A DNA stretch of 57,639 bases, the filler included, from Sphacelaria rigidula (lineage: Eukaryota): the NCBI GenBank assembly GCA_964200075.2. It is 6 parts of 6 records of this genome, joined end to end, with 100 filler letters (N's around TTAATTAATTAA, not from the genome) between each part and the next. Parts side by side here need not be neighbours in the genome. Positions count along the whole stretch, not along the records: positions 48,118 to 57,639 come from CAXNAA020008302.1; 5 more parts are not named here. The stretch is one strand, 5' to 3'. The position numbers and the translations under genes are program-made. The notes under the pieces were generated by a model, which did no database searches, had not been told where the DNA came from, and was given only the letters and a program-made list of their open reading frames with translations. Positions 48,247 to 57,639 of the stretch are shown here, one piece after another (positions within the stretch are counted from its first letter, which is position 1; the number at the start of each line of letters is the position of its first letter).

Positions 48247-51027
48247 CTGCTGCTGGCGATGTTATCTTGTTGTCTAGTTGGGGGGGACTGTTGCGCGATG
48301 GGCGCGGTAGTTTCGTTTCCAGCACGATTGTCCGGGAGGACTTTGTCAGGGAGGGTACCTTCTGGACAGTTTTTGTCGCTCACATTGGCGTCGACGCCGT
48401 TGCTGCTATTGTCATCGCTGTTGTCATTATTTGCGGCATTCCCTGCGGCACCAGCGTGCTCTGCTAGCATCTTGGTCATCCATCGCTCGAGAAGGATAAC
48501 CTTCATTGTTGGTGGCGGTGAATCGAGGTAAACAGTTGACAGCACATAATTGAGGTCGGCTACTATCCTTGTTCGTCTTCGGAACGTATTTTTAGTGTAA
48601 GGTGTAGGGGTTACACGTTTGTTCTTCTCGTCAGGCCTGTCAGAACAGTGCTCGGGCGTAACCCCCGTCTAGATTGCTGTAAGGAGTGAAGGCGTTTCAT
48701 CTACCTAACGCGAGAAAATTATCGTGCACCCGCTAACAGGTTTGATCATTCAAATCTCGTGTTTTTCAATCATGGATCATATGTCGTGTCAGTCACACAC
48801 GTGGGTCGTGGGGGAATGAATATTTCACGGACCCGCTGTTGTGGCTATTATCCATTATATGAGCTGTCGTCACATACGGTAGTAGCGATAAGTACTCGGA
48901 TATGTTTTGCTAGTTTTATACCATTTGCCCGCCCAAAGCGCCACCCAGTAAACAACGCACAAGGCATGGCACGACAGATGCCTGTACATCGACTAGACCG
49001 GCACCTGTAAGTAACGTCGTGTGTACACATTAAACGTTATGGTCTCGTAGCCACAGTTGTAATGGTTTCAGGCATGGTAGGACCATTGGTTCGCGCTGCG
49101 CCTGTGCTGGTGTTGTTACCTGCTCTCGATTGCTCGGTCGCCGTGCTGGAAAGACAATTCGGTGCCACAGCCGTTCAGCGGGATCATACCTGCGTCGGTA
49201 TCATGTTGCGTGCGTTCGGCAGAGGAATGCACGTCGAGCAAAACAAATAGTTGTTTCTCAACGTGCTTCATCCTGCGAGACTGCAGCGACGACCGCAATA
49301 CCGGTAGCTGTCCCTCGATTGACCAACTATGTTATGGTATGCAATCAGCGTGTTTTTGTTTTGGGCGGGCTCAGCGGCTAGAGAAGAGTGTCGCAGGTGC
49401 CATCTCGACTACGACATGTGCAGATGAAATAGAAAGAATGATTCCTATAACTTACTCAATCTCAACACGACATTGGCACTGACGGATCGATGGTGATCAG
49501 ACACTAGTCCACGACGTTTATCGGTAGCGTATGGGCGAAACGAGAAATTTTGAGGGCGATATTCTAGAGTTGACAATCATTTGACATTCAATTGGACGGC
49601 ATCCTACCACAGAGGGTTAACCCCTAGTGCCCCACTTGATATTAGTTGTGGCTCATCTAACTATGGTGGAACGTGTGTTTAACGTGATGAGCGTGATACC
49701 ATTACTCCAGAATACAAGTCCCAAACAGAGGGCGCTGAAGAGGGATAGCGACGGTCTTGCTCACCATTCTTCGAAGCAGGGATCGCCTTTCTTGAGCAAT
49801 GACTTCTCCACCAGGCGAGAGTCTTGAGGTATCTTGGTTGGCGGCACATTCACGTCATTCCACTCCCCCTGCCGAGCCTTATTTTTGTTGTGTTTTTGAT
49901 GCATTGTTCATGGAGCCCGAACGGGGAGCGCAGTTCCGAGGCGAGACGAGGAAAATTTATTTACCACGTTGCAACATTTCTTTTTTCAAAGGTCAGCCAT
50001 CTCTTTCTGTGCTTTGCTTTCGTTGATTTTTTCCTCTCTTTCTTTTTTTCTTTTTACGTCCTAGTCTACTATTTCGTTCTGTTCGACGTTTTGCTGCTCT
50101 TTCGTTTTCTTGAGCGAGTGTTTTCGGTTTTGTTTTTCTTGGGTGCGTCTATCATGCGGTCACGGCTGGACCCATGGGTGATCAGTTAAAGTGCGACAAC
50201 CAAATCAGATCAGATCAAATCAACAAACTACTGAGGTACGGACGGGGGGTGTACGTGTTAGCGCCCACTGAAAGTCGAACAAAGCAATCAAATCTGCACA
50301 AAAAAGCACTCCTTGTGTCTTCGTCCAAACGTCGGGCGACGGAGAGATGTCCGTACAAATATTCCCGGAGTTTGAGCGCCGCAGGGATCAGCCGCAAAAG
50401 GAGGATGCCTCCTGTGACGCTGGACTATACAGTGATGGTAGCGATAGTCAGCGGCTCGCCTATTCTCCGTACGACGTCATGTACCTCCACACGCTCTTCA
50501 TTGTTCATATAGTATACACAATTACAGCGTTGTTGTACCGCGTGAGTGACGAGTAGAATACGCCCTACCTGTTCGTGGTTGCAACTGCTCTGGTTCAGCT
50601 ACGAATTGGGCCAGCCTAACAGCTGACATGACTCTAGCACCCGACAACGTTTTCATTTCCCGGAAATAACCTGATGTTATGATATCGCTGTGAAGCGCAG
50701 ACCAACCTGCTAATGCACGCTCTGCCGCCAAAACAAAGTGTACTGCATAGTGTATGACCTCAACGATGGAATCAGGTTCTGCAAAAAAGAAGTATATGTC
50801 AGGATTCAAACTCGTGACCTCCGCAGCTGCTGGAGTCTCCTGTACCACTTGGAAGATCACCGGGGCGCGAGCGGTTTCGCGCAAAAAGTGGAACGCCCCG
50901 CCCAATTTTAGTAGCTTTGAGCCGAAATTTTACGAGGGCCTTTTGCACGCAAGTCAAGAATTCTTTGCCCAAGCAACAAGATATTTTTTTATCGTAAATG
51001 TTTGGCCTTTTTCTTCATGCCGACCTG

Positions 51028-51110
51028 GAAAAAAAACATACCTGTCTGGATTCGAACCCACGACCTACCGCCCTATAGGGTGGCATATCTGCATCGTCAT
51101 ATATTGACCA
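51028..51110 (-). mobile_element. Degenerate tRNA-like/SINE head
   Basis: B-box GGTTCGAATCC followed by a T-run on the minus strand. The A-box is poor. Confidence 0.35.
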
Positions 51111-54100
51111 AACATACACGGCCTAAAGTAAAGAGTTTGGAGCTGAAATTTCACCGTACTTTCCGCACGTCAATACGCAAAAACCGAAGACCGTAGACAA
51201 CAGTATCGATATATTTATATATTCGTTGAGTTATGACATTCTGAAGTTGGCCAGAATCTTAAACTGGCTCTAATTTGCTCATGATTTTCTTCTTATTTTG
51301 CTTCCCGGCATCAGTTTTTGAGTCTTGATGTAAACCTCTTTGTCAAAATGTCAGCGTCTAACTTAATGGGCCTGGTAAAGTTGGTCAAGCGTCAAAACGT
51401 CCTCAAGACTGGCCCAGTGCATATAAGGATCGTAGCCTCCAGCATAGATTCTTCCATTTTAAATAACCCCAATTGATGCGAAGCACACCTAACTACCATA
51501 TTCCCCACCTGTTTGCCATGGCCGGCCTTGTCTCGTAAATACGAAACGTCGGAATGTCGACCATCAAAGTCGCCCCGTACGGCCGAAGTCACGGTACAAC
51601 GCCGGAGCCCACCGCGAGGAATAAAAGAACTGCACGACTCACGCAAACGGAAAAGAGTAGTGACTCCCTTCAACAGGGCGCTGGAAGACGAGTATTGTGT
51701 GTGGCATGTCTTCTCGAGTGTGAGGGTTGTAGAGGTGAAGAGTGGTTGCCAGTATAAAACTGGTCAGTGTCAGGTATTGGGCGTTACTGGATAAGCAGTC
51801 GGCAACGTGTTCAGTTTACAGTTATTCCCTCGGACATATGCGTCATATCCCATGAAATTCTTGGTACATTTTGGGATCCTCCATCACTGTTCTTGGTGTA
51901 TTATCGTATCCCAACGCGATTGCACAGCTGCGCATAAGATAATACATCACACAGTATGGTTAACATTCCGATACAGATGGCAATGTCTACTTCGTTCGGG
52001 GCTTTCAAGTATTGACAACACAATACAGTAGATGCAACAGTACACTATAGCCTTTGAGGTACACTCAACATTTTTCGGATAAAAGGGAAACCAAATTTCC
52101 AGGCTTGAGTTTTCTAAAGAAGTTGGCCATAATCCGTAAAATCTCCAGCGCAATACATTTTAGCACAATGCAGTGCCGTGTAAACCACTCATTACGGAAC
52201 TCTAGCCCCAGGTCCGAGAACAAGTGTATAGAGAGAACCTGCCGTCCCGCTACGTACCAGTGTATAACGGTGATCCTGCTCTGCGACATCAACTGTCAAC
52301 GTGTGCCGGTCTGTTTAGTGTAATACATGGATTCTGACTTCATTTACACTGTGCGAGTAAGATAATACTGACCGCAGCTTCGAAACAGATGTAGCTTCCA
52401 GGAGGATGTGATTGTGCGTGCTCTTCATGTAGGCTGACGTAACTTCAACCTTCAAGCGACCGTTGCCTACTACGAAGATCCCAAAAGCTCGTCCAAGGGT
52501 GGTCATCAGTGGATATGTCCCGTGTCATGGAAAAATACCAGATAGTAACACGCGTGGAGAAAATTTGTCACCTGATGAAAATCTACGCTGTACGTCCCGA
52601 CACACTAATAACGCCTGTATTGCTAGTCCACTCCGATTTTCGTGCGAATTACTTGATTTTAGTTTGGAAAGGAAAAGGTAAACCACTGGCCCCACCTCGG
52701 GCTCGCGAGGACCTACGAAGATCCGCGACGGTGCAGGCTAGCCCACGGATACCATGTTGGAAGTCTTAGTAACCACTGAGCTCCCATTCAGCGCTGGCTG
52801 ATAGTTCAGGGCTCAGTGTGACTTCCAACAGAAGTTGGCCCCAGGGTTCGATTATTGCCACGGTCACCTTTAGTCGGTTTGTATGCGTGGAAAGGAAATA
52901 CAGGGATAGACACCTAAAATATTGGTGTACACACTCTTGGCAACAAAAAGCACAAAAAATCGCGCTTGGGACTTAGTTGAGGAGTCTAGGGTCATGAGCA
53001 GTGCTGGTATGAGGGATGGAAGCCCCGACGTAAAAGCACGGCTCCGATAGCTCAACAGCTTTGCCGGACCTCGGAACTAACTTGTGCTGGAAGTTACAAT
53101 AACAACTACTGGGTCATCCACCAGCCCTGAAAGTGATTGCTCAGTAGTTACTGTTACTCCCAGCACGCAACACGGACAACAAGCAGCAGCACCTGGTGAG
53201 TGACATCGCGGTAGGGGTTCAGAAAACCTTTCTTAGTATTGAATTGTCGCGAGTTCTTCATTTCATCCAAAAGACGACTTATGATACATGTGAGAGCTCG
53301 CCACGATAAGCATTCCAAATGGCTACGACAACTCAAATGAATTTATAAATGGGAATGTCCTGATCGATATTGTTGTGTAGCTCCGAACGTGAGGAGCCCC
53401 CAAATGGGAAACGTCTGGACCCACATGTGCAACCCCTACCGTGGCATGACGCCGCTCTATCTAGAAGATTACCTGCGCGCGACCACTTCCTGGTCAATAT
53501 AGCTGATGTACCACTTCCACTCATCATCCACAACTCACACCTGATCTCACTTTTCTGCTGTTGTTTCCTCGCAGGCATCAGTCTTGTGCTGAGAAATTAT
53601 GCAGTAAAAAAATAGTGCCGTGAAATGCTGTGCCGTACAATACAGACGTCGTAAATATGCCAAAGAGTTGCGCATTCGTTTTTCGTCAGGATCTGCTGAG
53701 AACAGAATGCTCGTGAGTTGGAGGATGTGATCAGGGGGAGGACCAGAGGCTCTTAACAATTTGAGAGGCAGTGGCGACCGATTGAGAGTTTTCACAGCGG
53801 GACTTGAGTTACCGCCTTTAAAATGCAGTCAGTTTGATCGGTTGGGCGTTGGAATTAGTCGATTCCTTATTTCTCCATGATTCATGAGGTGAAAGCTTTC
53901 AGTCTTTTTTTTTTGGGCTGCTAGCTTCATATCTCGGCTTACACGATTTTTGCTTTTATCCTCTCTTCTCGACTGTGTGCAGTGGGCGGCAGTTCAAGTT
54001 TCGCTGTGAAATATCTTCGTCAGTCCTAATTGCCTCTAAATTTGCGAAAATCTCTGATTCTCCACCTGAAAACGTATCCCCCATTTCACGAACATTCTGT

Positions 54101-57100
54101 TCCAGAGGTAATGAACATGCAGGTTCATGGCATCCACTAGAGCAGAATGGTGACGGGCAGTATGTACATGTTTAAACACTTGCAGTTTTTATCGGCGTGC
54201 AACATATCCTTTTCGTGTCTTCTCAGGTCATCTTTCTACTAGTACACAGTACTGTACTGCACAGTGCTGTGCTGTGCTGTGTTCGGACTAGTAGGGTACC
54301 AAACTGGACACGGCCACATGAGCAACCTGGACTTTTTGAAACAGACAGAAGGTGAAACAACTACACTATACACGTGGTGCGCTGCTGATCAAAAGCAAAA
54401 GTAAAACTACCCATGCTCACGCACTGCTCTATCGCATTGACTTCGAAAGGGTAAAATGGTACTTTTGCGAATGAAAAGAATGCTATTCCGTTGCCGTCTC
54501 AGACCACAGACGCACAATTGCAGGGTTACCTGCAAGCACTGTCTATCCGGCGTTGCAGGGAAAGTGGCTTAGCAATATCCATATATATCCGGTCAACGAT
54601 ATTTGGCGCAAAACATCGGCGGGAAACACTTGACCTCCACATGCAGTATTTTGGCACAGCGTTTTTCGTGCCGTGAATGTAGCACTGTGTTGCTGAACAG
54701 AGTAGTGGTATATCACATCGCTATAAAAATCACGTGTCACCCGAAGACGGTACCTTCACGATTGTGATGACCATGAAATTCGGTCGGCACTATACCGTAC
54801 GGCAAATGGTCTACAGGACTGCATGACTCAAGTTATGAAAGGAGCAGATCAAATGTTAATGTCTGCGTCCTCCGTCTACACGGTTCTCCCTGTGCTTTTA
54901 TCCGTAGTTCGCGCAGTAAGCCGTCCCTCCTCTAGTGCGTGCTGCTGTGGCGAGAGGGTGTTCAAGGAGCGTAAATGTGACTTTTGAACCAGTGAGTGAT
55001 GACAGGTTCAAAGTTGATGCCCGCTTCTTGAACAGGGTGGGCGCAGAGTTAATACTGTATTCTGACTGTAATATGTGTGAAGTTATACTGAATACCACCA
55101 TTACGATGGCTCACTTGTTTTGTGTGGAAGGTTGATGTCATCTCGTGTTTGCCGGCGATCCCCTTTGTTTGTTTGCCGTGACACGACCCCTCAGGACTAG
55201 AACGTAGGTCGATGCACAGAACGCTCGAATATTGCAGTAGACCATGTAGCAATACCTTGCAGAGCTAATGCTATGCCATGGTTATGGGCTGCTCACACTG
55301 CTGACATCTGTGTCGCAATGGCAGCGTTCGCTACGAATGACACAATCCGACCAATGGTTTTCGGAAACACTGCTGCCTGCTTGGGCGCCCCACCTTAGCA
55401 CAGGCGCCATGGATTCCTTCCCGAAGACTCTGCTGCTGCTGGACCCACCGACGCTGTTGCCATTAGAGTGACCGTCGTATGCGCGTCCATAATCGCGTGT
55501 AACCAGACCCGGTAGCACCCCAAGTAACTCGAGATCCTTCATCGAGTTTACGCCGACAAAATGAGGGCGGGCTGTGGAAGGAGAATGCCGGCTAGTACCC
55601 GTGGCTGCGCTGAGCGACCCGCAGGAGGGCGGGTGTGGAGAGCGGGTCGTCGTTTGCTTCTGTTGCGATGATGCCTCCATAGCTGACAATTTACCCCACA
55701 CAATAGATAGATTGCGTACCAGCTACACGTATAAAGTATATGTGCATGTAGCAGCAGACACAGGTTCTGAATGCACCGTACGGAGCTATGGAATGACGGC
55801 TAGTGCTGTCCGCACAACAGTTTGTAGACGGGTTACAACTCTGCGAGTCAGATGTCCGCTGTTGTGATGTCTTCCTGTTTAATACCTAGTGAGGATTGTA
55901 AAACGAGATTTTCCCGGGCATACGAAATTTAGCACGGAGCACATACAGATAGCCTGCTGCTAGAGCGTTAGAAGGAGACAGCGCACAGTTCAGTACAATG
56001 TAAAGACGACGATACATATACGTGGGCGTACTCGGGAGCGGTAGATGGGCGGTGTTCAAAATATGAAAATCTGCCGCACATTTCTCGACCGAAAGCAGTT
56101 ATACCGCGATCTTGTATTACCCCGCACACCGCATGATTGTTGCATCGTGCTTTACATGGAGGCCTGCTTGCACCAACTCCTGAAATGGAGCTGCAGGTAC
56201 CCTTTACTCTTTATTTCTGATTCGGCTGATCCTGAAGACAGACTAAGGAAACCGTGCAGTCAAGTATCCGATAGAAGAGCAAAGAGCCCTCCCAGGCGCC
56301 ATGTCATTGCACGCAGCCCATCGGAAACACTGCGAGAGGGCTCATCCGTACCAGCACAAGCTTACAGGTGGGGGGAACAGCGCTTTTCGTGCTCGTCAGA
56401 CATGTGAATACCGACAAACACGGAGGAAGCCGTATCGAAATTTGAACTATCACGAAAGGCATGTTGCCTTCATTTGGACGTCCTATGGGTGTGACACGTC
56501 TCACTGCTATCTAGCTGGCAGGTAACACAGCTAAAATAGTAAAATAGTGAGACAAGATGCGTCGTCCTGAGACGCCTGAGGCCAATAACTATTCCGAAAA
56601 CACAACCTTAGACAGTGCCACCAATTTTCTGTCAGTTGTGTACTCAGATACACTCACCACACCACGAACTGTAGATATTACCCACCATACAGACGGTGAG
56701 ATAGCGTACACTCTGCGCCGTACAGCAGTCACTGCTGGATTTTTACTTCGAAAGCAATTCATTTTATCCTGTGTTTGCCTGCAAACAAACGCCGACTGCA
56801 CTTGATCCCAACATCCCAACTGCCACCGCCGACACACACACCGTCTAGGCATACTATACGAAAGGGTTATAGGAGATTGTGAATAGAGTAGCTTACTCTA
56901 TCGTTCGGTGCGATGCCGATATTTTGCTTGTAGTGAATGCGCTAGTGATGCATCTCTCGAGACAGACAGCAAAATCAAGGGCTGTGAACTGGACCAGTTA
57001 ATGCTGTCGATTAAACTGGAAAATGAACTAAATGGAGTCAAGCCGTATCGTGTAGATGCTGGCCATCTACATGAAAAATAACCACTGGGAACCCCTGACC

Positions 57101-57639
57101 GGTTTTGACCGCGCAGTTAATAGCGTACAGAGTCAGTACGTGTGCGGTATGTCTCCACTGGATACAACGGCAAAAACAGTCAGCGTGCCGTCCCTCTCCA
57201 CTGAACACAATTTACTGCATGCTGCCGATGCTTCCGTTTAGCGTTCCACAACAACACTACAGAGAGTGTGAAGCTATGCTGGCAACACATGGGACGTCAG
57301 ACAGGCGGCACAGACCTCGAGCAGAGTACAAAACACGTCATTTATGCCCATGTAATTTATGTTTGAATTGCCCTGACCAAAAAGAGAAATACCGATAGAC
57401 AGCGAAGTAGTCCACCTGTAGTCCGCCTGTAGGGGAACTACGTGCTTATTTCGACGGCCGCGATTGGTCAGAATGGTAATTCTGCGCCTCTCGGGCCTCG
57501 TTCCTGGCTTAGAATCTTCCACAGGAACTTTCGCAACACACACTTGGTGGGCTTCCCGGCTGCTCTGCGGATAGCCCCCCCCCCCCCCCACCCCCCCCCC
57601 CCCCCCCCGCCGCCCACCCCCCACGCGCCCCCCCCCCAC

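Noticed and set aside
48118-48531. Poly-Leu and poly-Thr ORFs
   Set aside because: Alternative translations of the (GTT)n microsatellite.

Overview
Eukaryotic, intron-rich and transposon-dense DNA; the gene style suggests a stramenopile, probably a brown alga (inference). The window is not one locus. It is six size-sorted contigs (9525, 9524, 9523, 9523, 9522 and 9522 bp) joined by artificial 100-nt N/TTAATTAATTAA linkers. Host gene fragments: a VPS37-like ESCRT-I subunit (2 exons, +), chorismate synthase (last 2 exons, -), DENR/Tma22 (2 exons, -, one with a GC donor) and an S8 subtilisin (2 exons, -). Mobile DNA: a full-length decayed Ty1/copia element, about 8 pieces of a LINE family, tRNA-derived SINEs, and many TIR elements with readable target-site duplications (P-like CANRG/8-bp, 4-bp-TSD and Tc1/mariner TA types). 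The two most unusual observations are (1) a LINE family whose copies end in poly(C) rather than poly(A) and whose target duplication starts with a C-run, and (2) a copia element with no tRNA primer-binding site but with a 9-nt sequence at that position complementary to its own LTR, as in Tf1-type self-priming.
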